A stretch of DNA of 64,000 bases from the NCBI RefSeq assembly GCF_009914755.1, contig NC_060926.1. One strand, given 5' to 3'. This stretch comes from the human T2T-CHM13v2.0 reference genome, Homo sapiens. Below are positions 26,165 to 41,103 of the stretch, piece after piece; within the stretch, counting starts at the first letter, position 1; every line of letters begins with the position of its first letter. The notes beneath the pieces are model-generated. The model saw nothing but the letters and a program-made list of their open reading frames with translations. It searched no databases and was not told the DNA's origin. The position numbers and the translations under genes are program-made.

Positions 26165-28150
26165 GCTGCCTACTTATAACAGCAAAATACTGGAAACAAC
26201 CCAAATGTCTATCAACAGGAGACTGGCTGATTAAATATTTATGATAGATATATCCTGAAGGAAATATCTAATAGAATACTCTCAAGTTGTAAATAAGAAT
26301 GAGCAATACCACTATATATGGGTTGGTGGGGATGGACTTTTGCAGATTTAACTCTGAAACTATGTAAATGTTTCACATATCCACAAAACAGAATTAAACT
26401 AAAATTTAAAAAGCAATAACTAAAAATCAAAAGCAAAACAATGCATATAAACCGGTGTATCAAATTGGTAGCTGAACGCGCCAGAAAATAATGTGCTAAA
26501 CATTCTAAGGGTAAAATGGGCAAGGAAATCTTAAACTGTTTTCAGTAATCATATGGTTATTGCTATCTTAAAACGATAGAACAATTAATTATCTATGTTA
26601 ATGCTGTTAAGAATCAAGATTTCCAGAAAAAAAAAAAAACAACAAAATCCAAGAAGTTAAACAGAAATCCAGTAATTACAAATCCAAATTAGGAATATAA
26701 ATCCGAATTCATAATGCCTATTCTCCAACAAAACAAAACAAAATATATTTTCTAATTGTCCACTGAGAAGGCCTAGAAACAACAAGCAATCCATTAGGCA
26801 AATGGTATTTCTAGCATCAAAACTGTGGTTTCTAAACATTATTTGCACTAAAAAGAAACAGAGCTCCTAAGAAAAATGGATGATTTCAAGTTGAGGGCAG
26901 CATGATCCTAGAGGGCAGCATGATCCTAGATAGCAAGGAAATCATTAAAGACCACTGGAGTTACATTCAAAGGATTTAGGAGCCAATTTGAAGAGACTTC
27001 CACTGGCCAAAGTTGGGGCAATCTGAGCTTTAAAATAAATACATTTTTTAAAACTGCAATATGCCAGGCATGGTGGTGTGCACCTGTAGTCCCAGCTACT
27101 CGGAAGGCTGAGGCGGGAGGATCGCTTGAGCCCAGGAAGTCAAGGGTTGTAGTATGCTATGCTAGTTGGGTGTCTGCACTAAGGTCAGCATCAGTATGAG
27201 GACCTCCCGGGAGCAGGGGACCAGTAGCCTAAGGAGGGTTGAACCAGCGCAGATTAGAAACGGAGCAGGTCAAAACTCCAGGGCTGATTAGTAGTGGGAT
27301 CCTGCTTGTGAATAGCCACTGCACTCCAGCCTGGGCAACACAGCAAGGCCCCACCTCTAGTAAAAACAAAACAAAAAAAGCAATGTATTCAAAGATATCA
27401 AATATGTTAAAATCTAAGAATTCCTAATGATACTAACTAAACTAAACAAAACAAAAACGTCACTGTTCACCTTTGGATGACAAGAGGGAACAAATTTATT
27501 ACTCTGAAAACCAGTAAACAAAAGGAAAGAATCAAGTGTTTTTCCTGCCTTTTCTGTACAAACAGTACCTCAGGGTAGCTAAAGAGCTGATGAAAAAATT
27601 TCTTCATGGAAAACGTCCAGCCCTCAAATGAAGAGGGAATGTTAGAATATCACTGTGCCATCCCTGATGAATTAAGGAACTTGGCAAATGATCAGTGATA
27701 CCTGCTAAGCTAATGGGGAACATTAAACAAATGGATCAGACAGACAACACCTCAATACACCGATTGATCTTTTTTTCTTCCTTTTTTTAAAAATATTTTT
27801 GGGAAACGCAGTCTTCAGGGAAATCTGAAAGTACACGCTCCCTGATCTTAATATCAGTGAAATAGAGGCCAGAGAGACATTACAGACCTCCTGACATGAT
27901 GCAACAGGAAGAACAAAGAATTGTCAAACTGAATCAAATACTGAGTAAGCCTCGAGAAATTACCAGTGTACACGGAAGACGGTCAGACACATCAAATGAC
28001 ACCATAGCATGCAATCAGCTAAACCCAGAATGCCAAAAATTCCAAGGGACAAATAATCCAGTTTCTCCGAAAAATTAAATGACAAAAAGCAAAAAAAAAA
28101 AAAAAAAGAGGAGAGGGAACCTATGGATAAAAGGGGACTTAAAAGATATA
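26165..28150 (+). mobile_element. Degenerate L1M (MC/MD-like) 3' region, interrupted by the 7SL copy
   Basis: tactggaaacaacccaaatgtctatcaacagga at ~26190 and long A-rich L1-like stretch. Confidence 0.5.
27063..27379 (+). pseudogene. Full-length 7SL (SRP RNA) retropseudogene (RN7SL-P type)
   Basis: Alu-like 5' and 3' ends enclose the 7SL S-domain absent from Alus (tgtctgcactaag...gacctcccgggagcagggga...gcctaaggaggg...aaacggagcaggtcaaaactcc...gtagtgggatc); A-rich tail; many substitutions. Confidence 0.9.
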
Positions 28151-28159
28151 TCAGCCAGC

Positions 28160-29027
28160 AGCCGCATAGGCTAATGTGTGTAATTCCGATGATTTGGGAG
28201 GCTGAGGTGGGAGGATGGCTTGAGGCCGGGAGTTTGAGACCAGCCTGGGCAAAATAACGAGACCCCCATTTCTACCAATAAAAATTAGCCAGGCATGGTG
28301 GCACATGCTTATAGTCCTAGCTACTTGAGAGACTCAGCTGGGATGATCACTTGAGCCCAGGAACTGGAGGCTGCAGTGAGCTATAACTGCACCACTTCAC
28401 TCCAGCCTGGGAAACAGAGCAAGACCATACCTCCAAAAAAACAGATATACTCATCATTATAAAATGAATACATTCATAGTAAAAAATGTGAAAAAAATAT
28501 ATGAAAAGATAATGGAAAACAATATAGACCAACTAAATACAATCTGTTAGTATTGGATACTGATTCAAACAAGCCAACTTAATTATGAGATATCAGAAAC
28601 AGTTAAACACTAATGGATATTTGATAATAAGAAACTATTGTTATTTTTTCCTCTCTTATGATAATGGTGTTACAGTTGTATTAGAAAAAAGAAGAAAAAA
28701 AAGCAGTCCTTAAAAAAAAATAGTTTTTTTTGTTTTTTTTTTTTTTTTGAGACAGAGTCTTGCTCTTGTTGCCCAGGCTGGAGTGCAATGGCACGATCTC
28801 GGCTCACTGAACCTCTGCCTCCTGGGTTCAAGCGATTCTTCTGCCTCAGCTTCCCAAGTAGCTGGGACGACAGGCTTGCGCCACCATGCCCAGCTAATTT
28901 TTGTATTTTTAGTAGAGACAGGGTTTCACCATGTTGGCCAGGATGGTCTCGATCTCTTGACCTCGTGATCCACCTGTCTCGGCCTCCCAAAGTGCTGGGA
29001 TTACAGGCGCGAGCCACTGCACCCGGC
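28160..29027. mobile_element. Inverted Alu pair: plus AluJ-like 28160-28441, minus AluS-like 28724-29027
   Basis: Alu consensus in opposite orientations. Confidence 0.88.
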
Positions 29028-29265
29028 CAAAAAAATAGCTCTTGTACTGATGTTCCTCAATCAGATGACAGATTCCTCATGGCCTGAGTAAAAGGGTGAA
29101 AGGGGTGTGAGTGATGGATCCGCTTCTCAATGCTTTAGTATCTACATCTATGAGAAACAGTGATGTAATGTTTAATGGCTCTCTGGGAAGACACCTTTAC
29201 CTAGTGGGCCTTTTCACAGTCATGACTCAGATATGCAAGCAAGGGCCACACTCTGACCACCTTAC

Positions 29266-29552
29266 CTGCTGAGTCTGGGCCTGCTGCTGCTGGTAAAACG
29301 TGCCTGCCGGCTGCTGCTGTGCTGGCGGTGGCTGTTGCTGCTGCTGTTGCTGCTTGAGGAAGAGTTGCTGCTGGTGCTGGGGTGTGGCCTGGGCCTGAGC
29401 GGGCAGACCCTGGGCCTGAGTAGAAGGCGTCTGCTGTGGAGTGGGAGGAGCCTGTGGCTGCTTGGCCTGAGTTTGCGGCAGAGGCTGGCTGGGTGGGGCT
29501 TGGGGTTTTGGTTGGGGAACACTGGCTAAAAGGCCAGGCTGATTGCTGGATC
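29266..29552 (-). CDS. AAK1: AAK1 coding exon (approx. exon 12), QPA-rich: [17 protein letters not shown]...[12 protein letters not shown]
   Basis: 287 nt; cag| acceptor, CAG|GTAAGG donor; ORF track 29227..29628. Confidence 0.96.
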
Positions 29553-30166
29553 CTGCAATGAGAATAAAGTCCATGTAAGGGTTCCAAATGCTTCCACACA
29601 AAAATGGCTTTCTGTCTTGCCAAAACAACTAATAGGGGGTGACAAGTGTGCAGAGTATCTCAAGATTCGTGTCCTCCTCACTGTCTTTCCACATGCTCTG
29701 TCCCACCTGGAATGTCTTTCTATCTTCTTGCTAAATTATGTGCTTCAAATTTTTCAAAACAAGGTTCAATATTGCCTCCTTAAGAAAGTCTTCCCTTATT
29801 AATCATCCCATTTAGTCAATTACAACTTTAGTTGGCACCCCAAATGTCTACATATTCAACTGGCCTTTGGTACATATGCACAAGCTTTGCCCCTCTTGGC
29901 ATGCAGCATGACAACATCATTCCCTGGTGTTCTACATGTAGCTTATCCCAGTCTGGATGCGTGGCTATAAGTAGATGGCCACCAAATTCACCAAAAGCAG
30001 CTTCCTGGTAGGGTTCAGTTACTCGATATTTTGGATCAATCCTTTTTATGAAACAAAGCTTACTTATTTCATTAGAAACAGAATGCCAAAACATGAGGGG
30101 GTGTTAGATACTTCAAGAGACAAAGCATTAAAGAAACAATATTCTTCTGTGAATGTCAAAAGAGAG

Positions 30167-30499
30167 GAGTCTTGTTTCTATTTTTTTTTTAGGCATGTAT
30201 GAAAATAACTCAGTTTCTTTGTATCTCAGCCCATCAGACCCCAAACTTCCTAAAATTGAAAGTAAGTTGTCTGCTAGTCCAAGCTCTTCAGCCTCTTTAG
30301 TCCTGTCTCTTCCAGGCATCTTTAACTGTTGATGTATTAGACCCAAGCAGGCATTTTTGTAGGCTGGGAGGCAAATGAATAAAATAATGCTTTCTACCCA
30401 ATCATCTCCCCTAGCCCATTTCAATGTCCCAAAGTTTAATTAACAGAACAGGGAAGCTGCCCTGGACTGAACTCAACACTTTGGAAGAGTCTTATTTCT
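30167..30499 (-). mobile_element. L1-mediated snoRNA retrocopy (snoRNA + ~164-nt 3' extension + A10 tail) bounded by a TSD
   Basis: gagtcttgtttct (30167-79) and gagtcttatttct (30487-99), 12/13 identical; T10 at 30181-90; TTT/AAA endonuclease-like site at 30499-30504. Confidence 0.85.
30355..30486 (-). ncRNA. SNORA36C: H/ACA box snoRNA of the SNORA36 (ACA36) family, intronic and sense to AAK1
   Basis: Minus strand reads TTCCAAAGTGTTGAGTTCAGTCCAGGGCAGCTTCCCTG...TTCATTTGCCTCCCAGCCTACAAAA (132 nt); two-hairpin layout, ACA box 3 nt from the end; near-identical to recalled SNORA36A; AAK1 is the recalled SNORA36C host. Confidence 0.9.
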
Positions 30500-30575
30500 T
30501 TAAAGGCAAAGGGAAATATATGAAATAAAGAGGGAGGATAAGGTTCCAAACTGCAAAAATCAGGGCCAAGTCTAG

Positions 30576-31117
<542 letters not shown>

Positions 31118-31145
31118 TGAGTTTCAAACCAATCTAGATACAAAC

Positions 31146-31300
31146 CTGCAGCCTGAGGTGGGGGCTGAACAGTGGCCCTCTTCCGGGGTGTCAGCGCTGG
31201 CTGGATGGGAAGGATTCCTGGGTTCGGCTGAGTCTGCCCAGCTTTAGGCCTCTGGCGGGGTGCAATTGAAGTCTCTGTGGTGGGAATGGGATCTGTCAGT
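31146..31300 (-). CDS. AAK1: AAK1 coding exon (approx. exon 11): [51 protein letters not shown](G)
   Basis: 155 nt; long polypyrimidine tract + tag acceptor; CAG|GTTTGT donor; conserved [11 protein letters not shown]. Confidence 0.95.
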
Positions 31301-31894
31301 CTAGAAAGGGAAAAGAGAAAGGTTCATATTAAAGTATGGGAAAAATGGAAGGGAGTGGGCAGAGGACACAATGCTTCCGCTTCCACATCGACCCAAACCT
31401 TCCAGGTCTGTTTAATCGATGCTTCCCAAAGAATCTCCCACAGGATGCCATTGTTACTAGACCTTCTGAAAGTAGGCTTGGTGGGCAAATACATTTTTAA
31501 CACACTGATCAAAATATACTGAGTGGCTCTCCTTCTAGCAGAACTTTTCATGTGCGAATATGCAAGGACAATCTCAAAAAGAATGCTATATAGTATTCTC
31601 TTTGCATTCTCAAGCTTATTTCTTCTTGTGGCGCTTTTACCTAGTACCTCCTAGGATTTCCCAAAATACCCTTTGGGTAATAATGCAAAGAGAGGTTTGA
31701 GGCACATGGTTTTCAGATGCGAAGAGGATTCAAACTTGGCTGCAACTAGCTGTTAAAGTGGTCTCTCTAAAATGAAAAGCATGCAGATGAGTGAATCCAA
31801 CATGGGAACTGGAAGGAAAAAGTAAATAATTCAAGTCAAAGGGTTTAAAAATAAAAAGGAAGTGTCACAGAAACTCCATTTCTTCCAATATACA

Positions 31895-32369
31895 TACTAT
31901 CTTTTTTCCACAGTAACAGAAGTTTTAGCTGGGCACAGGGTCACCCAGAGTAAAAATCACATTGCCCAGTCTCTTTTGAAAACAGGTGTGAACCTGTTTC
32001 TAAGTCCTGGCATTACATGAGATGTAAGAAGATTATCAGGTGGCAGTTTCCAGAAACCATAAGAAATAACTGGTTCAAGTCCTCTGTCTTCCTCTTTGAC
32101 TATTCCTTGATCCTGCTGCTAGGAGCAGAGATGTTGCCATATTGATCCATGCAGCCATAGCTACACTGTAGGAATGGTGATGTGGTTAGCTTGAAGAAGT
32201 CTAGATCCCTGAGGGCCTCATGGAGCAGAACTGCCATGCTGGCCTTGGACTACTTACCTCCAGACTTTGTTTACTTGAGAGAAAAAAATAAACATCTATC
32301 TTCTATACGCAGCTGTCACTTTGGACTTTCTGTAATTCACAGCCAGATCGACACTTTCAAACTAATATA
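31895..32369 (+). mobile_element. MaLR (MLT1-like) solo LTR, degenerate
   Basis: ttttagctgggcac...gccatattga...cctccagact...aaataaac...cacagcc...actaata pattern. Confidence 0.55.
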
Positions 32370-32625
32370 GGGAAGACTGCTTGCTCCCTGTGAGGGGTGC
32401 AGAAGCCCAGGTGCTAACTTCCACTCATTTACAGTAGTCCAGGCAGCTAGCTACTACCTAACTCAGATCAGAGTTGGCCGTCCTTTGAAACTCCACTTTA
32501 CAGAGTATAACTGAGGTTAGGCCAAAATTAATAAGTTTCAAGAATATTTCCAAAGCATGTTTTGTCAAAATATTTCCAAAACAGCCTCCATGAATGTAAA
32601 ACAGGAAGCAAAGCAGCTGGCCTCA

Positions 32626-33273
<648 letters not shown>

Positions 33274-34561
33274 CTAGCTCCTCACTAAGTAACTGTGTGA
33301 TAATGGGTATGTCACTCACCCTCTTTCAGCTTTGGGTCCTTTATGTGTAAAAGGGAAAAACATATGCCTACATCATAAGGCAGATGTGAACATCAAATGT
33401 TATCAGTAACTGTCAATCTGTTTTATTAATTGTAGAATGTCCAAAATATTAGTTTGTATGGACTTCAATGAGTATGTTTTGTGGAGTGGAGTGGGGAAAG
33501 GGATCATTGCTTACCCTCTGCACATATCATGTTTGAGCCTAGTACAAGACAGCCATGAGCACAAAGGACTAAGCTACTTAAATCAGCCCCAAAACAACTT
33601 CCAAAGAGGTGAGCATGGCAGAATTAGTGAAGGAAATGGACAGACTACAAAGTAACAAGTTTTGTTTGTTAAGCAAGTTTGCTACGTTTATTAAAAATCA
33701 AAGTCTCACTACTTTAGAGGCACATCTAAAATAACTTCATGTACACAGCAGGCATTTAATAAATATTAAAGAACTTTTTAAGATACAGGTGTTATTTGAC
33801 TGTTCAATTAAAATTCACATATTCCCATCCAGGGTACTTTGTTGACGCAGTTTGCTGCTAGCACTTACTCGTGATGGTGGTAGAAAAAAGAGGAGTATAA
33901 ATATCTCCTGCGCTACCTCTAGAATCTGCCATTTGGAAGGGGTGGCAGCCATGCGAAAGTGCTTTGTAGACCTTCATCTACAGGGAGCATAAAACCCCAA
34001 TGCTCAGCTGCTGCATTCCCAAAATGCAGCACTAAATGCAGCACTGCTGTGTGTTTGCCCTGGTGCCATGCTTCCCATAGGTTGCTGCCAGCCCTAACCT
34101 CCAACCCACAGGAATTCCTAGGAGATGAGGGACTATCTGCTGGCTGACTGGCACAAGGACCCCAACACCTTTGGTGAGTCTTACTTAAGTTGTGAGACAG
34201 TCTAGGTCACTTCCACCCATGCTTCTTCTCCCTCTGTCTGGGTCAGACTTGCATTGCCTTCCGATGGCACTCCCAGCCTTTCCTGGCTCCCTCCCTGTTT
34301 TCCCTCACATGGGCATTTCCCCAAATAACATCTTCGTTTAATCCTCTTTTGGCATCTGCTTTTTGGAAGAACCTAGGTTGAACAGACTGTGATTAGCTAA
34401 GACCCAGAGAGTCTTCTGCTGTTCACTGACCTGGTGCTTTGACCTGCATTTTCCTAATGTGGTTGGAGCCATAGAAAGTAAGAAGGAAAGGGAGGTTGAG
34501 TGTTAGGGTGGTGAATGCAGCTAACCAAAAGTCAGGACACATGTTTAGGATATTTTTTACA

Positions 34562-35046
<485 letters not shown>

Positions 35047-35346
35047 GTACTAGCAATATTTAAAGTCTGCTGTTGCCTCATCTCTGAATGCCCCTGAGCC
35101 TATTCCCATGCAAAGAAAACAGCTTCAGAGTTCTTGATTCTCTTTCAAATGTAGATCACAATATTTCATGATATTCCTTTTTGCATTCCCAAAGAACCGT
35201 TTCTGCCTAGGCAAGACAGAGCTTGCTTTCCTGATCTGTGCAGCCCCTGGTCATGACAGCATACATAAGAATCAAGAAACACAGGCATCATTCCCTGCTG
35301 CTGTGGCAATCCAAGGAGGACATGTGTTCATGAAGGCATTTCTTAC

Positions 35347-35426
35347 CTGGCCTTTGGCTGGGTCTTTTTTGCAGCTGCCTCACTGGCTTTCACTGGTTCA
35401 GGAAGCTTTGCAGGAATGGGAGAGTT
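35347..35426 (-). CDS. AAK1: AAK1 coding exon (approx. exon 10): NSPIPAKLPEPVKASEAAAKKTQPKA(R)
   Basis: 80 nt; tag| acceptor, AG|GTAAGA donor; in frame with both neighbours. Confidence 0.95.
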
Positions 35427-36795
35427 CTATAGAATTGCAAACAAAACAGAACAAAACAAAAGGACATCACAGATTTCTTTGTTAAAGAATAAGCAGCCTG
35501 ACTGGGACTGAGAGCTGATGGAAACACATTTTGGGATCTTCTGGAGCAGCTTCCAGGCCCTGAGCTCTGTCTGGTAGAGGGAAGGAAAGTTAACCAAATG
35601 CATATCAGACTCAGCCACAGTCAGGGAAGCAATGTATCTGAGAAGAGGAGAGAGTAGCTTGTGTGCAGCACACATTCCCGGATTATTCTCTACCTTCTGT
35701 ACCATGGTGAGTCACTGGGGCTTGATCTCAGTACCCTTCTCCTCCTATAGCACAGCTTAGAAGTGATGCTATGAAAGGAATGGGAAGGAAATGTCTGTAG
35801 CTGGTATTATTCTGGATCCCAGACAGATCTTCGTTCGAGCTTATCAATGTGTCAAACCAGGGTGCACTGAGTCTGCAAGTTAGAATGCTCAGAGAAAACC
35901 ACAGCCACCTCTGTGTATGGCTGCTGAGCCAGTACCCTTCCCAACATGTGAGGCACTACTCAGTCCACAAGCCAAGGAGAGTTCCTCTGGCTTGAAATCT
36001 GCACTATCCATCTAATAATGCCTCATGAGGGAGCACCAACTAGCTGTCCCTAACCCTAAAACAAGTGCTTACCACTACTGAGTACCAAATGACATAAGAC
36101 TTGTGAGGTGTACTTTTAAAAAACTAGCTACCAATCTGAATGCTTCCACTTAGATTTCACATTATTTAACTTTATGAATGGGAAAGTGGGACTACAAAAG
36201 AAGACAGTCATGTTTGGTTACTGCACAGTATCCCTCGTTTTAATCTGGGAAACCAACACACAATACTAGTTATAAAACTGGCCTTTTAGGAGGGTCCTCT
36301 CGCTTCCTTCATGTTTCCAGGTGGGGGGAGATTTTCTGCTAGAAAACTTCTAGCACTTCCTCTTCTTCAAGCATTCCTCTCCCAAAGGAGAAGAGTTGAC
36401 TTCTGTGACTGTTAAGACTGTAGAAAAACTGAGCTGGTCCGGTTTGCTTTGCCCTCCTTCCTTTAAAGAAGAGCTGGTCCCCCAGGAATCAGGTGTTTAC
36501 ATTTCAGTCATGTGGGTCTAATGCTAGGGAGCCTGACTGGTCAAGCTGCATCTTCTGACTCAAGCTTATTAGTAATAAAGCCAATATTCTGAGCTCCACA
36601 TGGATGAACCCCACATCTGATTCCAAATGTGAGAGTGAAAGAGGAGCAGCACCCTTAAGTCCCAGCAGTGAAATCAAAAGTTCATTATTGGAGGAACTAG
36701 CAAGAACATTTCAGATCAGAATCTATTATTATAGCATCCATTAATAAAATATTTAAGAAAAATAAATCACAATATGACATGAAAAATATGCAAGG

Positions 36796-36944
36796 ATTTT
36801 TAGTAGAGATGGGGTTTTGCCATGTTGGCCAGGCTGGTCTTGAACTCCTGACCTCAGGTGATCCATCCTCCTCGGCCTCCCAAAGTGCTGGGATTACAGA
36901 CGTGAGCCACCATGCCCAGCCGTACTAGCAACATTTGAAATCTG
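36796..36944 (-). repeat. 149-bp local duplicate of 34921-35069 (Alu left arm + unique flank)
   Basis: Shared unique tail ccgtactagcaa(c/t)attt.aa.tctg and shared non-consensus Alu bases. Confidence 0.8.
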
Positions 36945-37478
36945 TAAAAAGGACATTTGCAAGCATTTTGCTCTGAAAACTGAGTGCAGAGTTTAGGATT
37001 ACTAAATGTAGAAAACATTCTTATGGCTTGATGTGCTGGAAGGACAGAGAAAGAGGAGTGTGAGTTATAAATGGCCAACAGCAGAAGCAAAATCAAGAAA
37101 GCTCTGCTGCAAGGAAGGAGAACGGGGACAAGGGGCGTAGGTTCTAACAGGCATGGGGGCATGTCCAAGGCATTGCCTCGGGAAAGTAGCCTGCCTGTAA
37201 TCACCTCCAGGTGACTACAACAGGCATGTGGCTCTCAGAGAACTAGAAGAGTTGACAGACATGAAGTTGGTCAATCTTCATCCAAAGCGTCCAACTCAAT
37301 CCCTAGGGCATTTTTTTGTTCAGTACAATTGCTTCAGTTTTATAATTAAATTCCATGGGAAAACTGGATTCCCTTTATGGCAACTGCTTCACAGTTAGCT
37401 TTGCTTGACTACCCCCAGTAGATAAAGCAAGGGACATCTAAATTCATTTAAACAGCTGATTAACACCCCAGGAGCTCA

Positions 37479-37652
<174 letters not shown>

Positions 37653-40283
37653 TTATTTAATAATATTCCAACAGTTATTACACTAGCTAGGAAGCATCAT
37701 TCCTCTCTCTACTCCCAATGTTTTGTTTTTAAACTTTTATTTTTCATAGAAGTCAGACAGTATAATTATCCCCTTTTCTCTCCCTTAGAAAGAGAAGCTC
37801 TAATGTTCCTGAAATATTTAATATCCATAAGAAAATAAAATATATAGATTGTAACAAAGATACTTAAAGTTCATATTCTATGCTTTGCACCAGAGGGACT
37901 CAAGCTCTCAATATGAAAGTTACCACCTTCATACTCCGATACCTAGGAGGTTACACGGTCTTACCATGGGCTTCCTTGGTTCATCTTATCTTACTAAACG
38001 AATGATTATTCTTAATAATTATAACCAAAACCCAAACTTCATGAATTTACTTATTATTCTTTTGTTGGAAATATTAGCTGGTTTCCAGATTAAAAGAAAT
38101 TACAAAGTAACGTATGCATATCTACTTTTCCTGTGACCTATAGATCACTTGTCTATTTCCAGGTCCTTTAAGCTTCTGCCTCCCTGAGGCTGGAAAAATC
38201 CTCAGGGGGAAAAAAAATTATTTGAGAAGACCACAAACATACACATACACATGCAAACAACAACGCAAGGCAGCTGACTGCTTAAATAATAAAGTGAATG
38301 CTCTGGACACTAAGTTCCAAAAAGATCAGTGAGGGTGCAGCCTTGTGACTGCCTTGCAGAAGAGGCAGAGCTTGAGGTGGCCCTTGAAGGCAGGACAGAA
38401 TTTAGTCAGTGGGGAAGCAAAGAAAAAGACATTCTAGTTAAGAGAACAGTCTGAGCAAAGAAGGACTTGGAGAAAGACAAGAGAATGCCTGCTGCAAGTA
38501 AATAGAGGAGCCAGAAGGACAGGGTAGAGAGAAGTCTGAGTGGGTGGAATGCAATCAGAATCAGAATCTTAAATGCCATGCTAAGAAGCTGAGCCCTACT
38601 GTGAGACCATTGGCAAGCCGCTAGAGTTTCCTAATCAGGGACATGAGAGGTGGTGTTTTATAAGAGGAATCTTTTGGTGAGGGTGTGCTGGATGGATTGA
38701 AAAGAGAGGAGAAAAGCTGGTGACCAGTCCAACAGTAAAGGCATGAGCTGACAGAGTCTGTATATACTATGGTGACAGTGATGTTCATATAAAGAATGTA
38801 ATGAAAACAGTAGAAACTCCAAAAAAGGAATATGGCCGAGTACACGACTGAACCTTTCCTCTCTTGCTAGCTGGATCCAAAGAAATCTTAAATTTCATTC
38901 TTCCAGGCTTCAATGGTGATACCACTGAGAGAAACTGAAAAGAGGACAGGCGAACTGGGTATTGAGGGTAAAAAGAAGGAAGGAGGGCTAATGATGATAA
39001 ACTTAATTTTAGATCTGTGCGTTTAGGGTGATAGTGGAGTTGCCAAATGGTTTGCAAGCAGTTTGGGAAAGATGTCCATGGTATAGACATTCATAAAGAG
39101 TTGTATTTCCCAATATGAATTTACTGCATAAATGTTTTAAAAATTATCAAAAAATAATACTAGTCTAATATCAAAGTTGGCCATTTTCCCATATTTCCTA
39201 CCAATCTCACTTACATACCTGGAATTCTAACATGGACATAATGCTTTATCTCTTAAAACAATCCAACAATTATTAAATGTCATAATCCAGCCCTTTAAAT
39301 ATTCCTCCTTTTTTTGTTAATAAATGGAAGAGGCTGATTGACAAAACTGGCACAATGGAATGGGCAGCACCTTAAAAGCTGTATCTATGTTAAGTGGATA
39401 AGTTACCTACATTTTCTCAGTTTCAGTTTCCTCATTTGCATAATGGGAATAATTACACTTAATACATAAAGGATTTTAAGAATTAAATGAGGTATAAGTA
39501 GGCCCTCAACAAATGTCAGATGCTCCACCCACATTTGCTGCTTCTATTTTTTCCAGTGTATCCCCATGCAGGACCCAAATGGGTTACTCAGGATTTATAA
39601 TCAATCCATAACAGTTAAAACTTAGATGTTAAGAGTCTTGACCAATGTGGAAAGATGATAAAAATCTCTGCTTCTTTAGCATTTTAGTATAGGGGCTTTG
39701 TGCAAATATTATTCTTTTTTTTTTCTTTAAAGATTACTTATTCTACCATCTGGTTAATGAATGTTAGTACATATGCTTGCTATGATGATACCAAATAGTG
39801 GGGAATCTTAAGACTATTTTTAAGAAAGCATTGAGTTTAGATGCATGTTATCAAAATCCAGTGATTAACCTAAATGAGAAGAAAAACCTGGTTCCACGGA
39901 GTTATATAGTCTTAATTATCTATTCACTCCAGTGAATGTACTGCAATCATTTTCATTTGAGTTGCTTCCAGTTTTGCAAAGATGAATTTCTTATCACTTG
40001 ATATGAGTCAGCTGGACTCCTTTGGTACCGGAGCTTTCATAGAGACTGCAACAGAATATAGAAGCACTATACTGCTCCAGGCAGTTAGGATTTCTGCTTG
40101 GGTGGCTGGGCTCAGGTGTGAAACAGAACTTCAGATTTCTAGCAAAAAGACCCACCACTCTAACTAGACAGTTACATTGTCTTTGAGTTCCCAATCATTA
40201 TCAACTAATTTCTTTACCTTTGCATCTAACTCATTACTCCTGGAATCTAATCCCTTTATCCCCCAATTCATTCTTTGTGATTA

Positions 40284-40454
<171 letters not shown>

Positions 40455-40926
40455 CTAAAAAATAAAGATAGCAGATTGCTACTAGTGGCTTATTTATCAT
40501 GACTCTAAATGGATCTAATGAGAAACTGGCACCATCCACATTTACTAGCAGATACAAAAACTATAGACTATTAATGTATTAGAAACATGAGTTTTAGAAC
40601 CCAACACCACTGTTAGCAGCTGAGTTACATTATTTCTACCATTATTACCAAATCGTGTTCCAGTAAATAATAAGTATTTACCTGTTTTGCTCTTAAGAAC
40701 CAGTAACATATACATGAAAAAAAATCTAAATAATTTTCACAGAGCTTGGAAGTAATTTTCTTTATCATGCTTCAAGAAGCAGTGGCTGGTATTCTCACAT
40801 CAAGAATAACCTTGAGGGGTAAGTAGACCATGATATGGTACAGTAGCCACCATGCTATAGCGCTGTGTGCATTAACCTTGGGAATTCACAGTCAAGACTG
40901 CTGCTATCTGAGGTATGGATAGGTTA

Positions 40927-41103
<177 letters not shown>

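Noticed and set aside
33900-34390. Possible LTR-like segment ending ggcatctgcttttt...
   Set aside because: Only the 3' end looks LTR-like; family and boundaries cannot be assigned by eye
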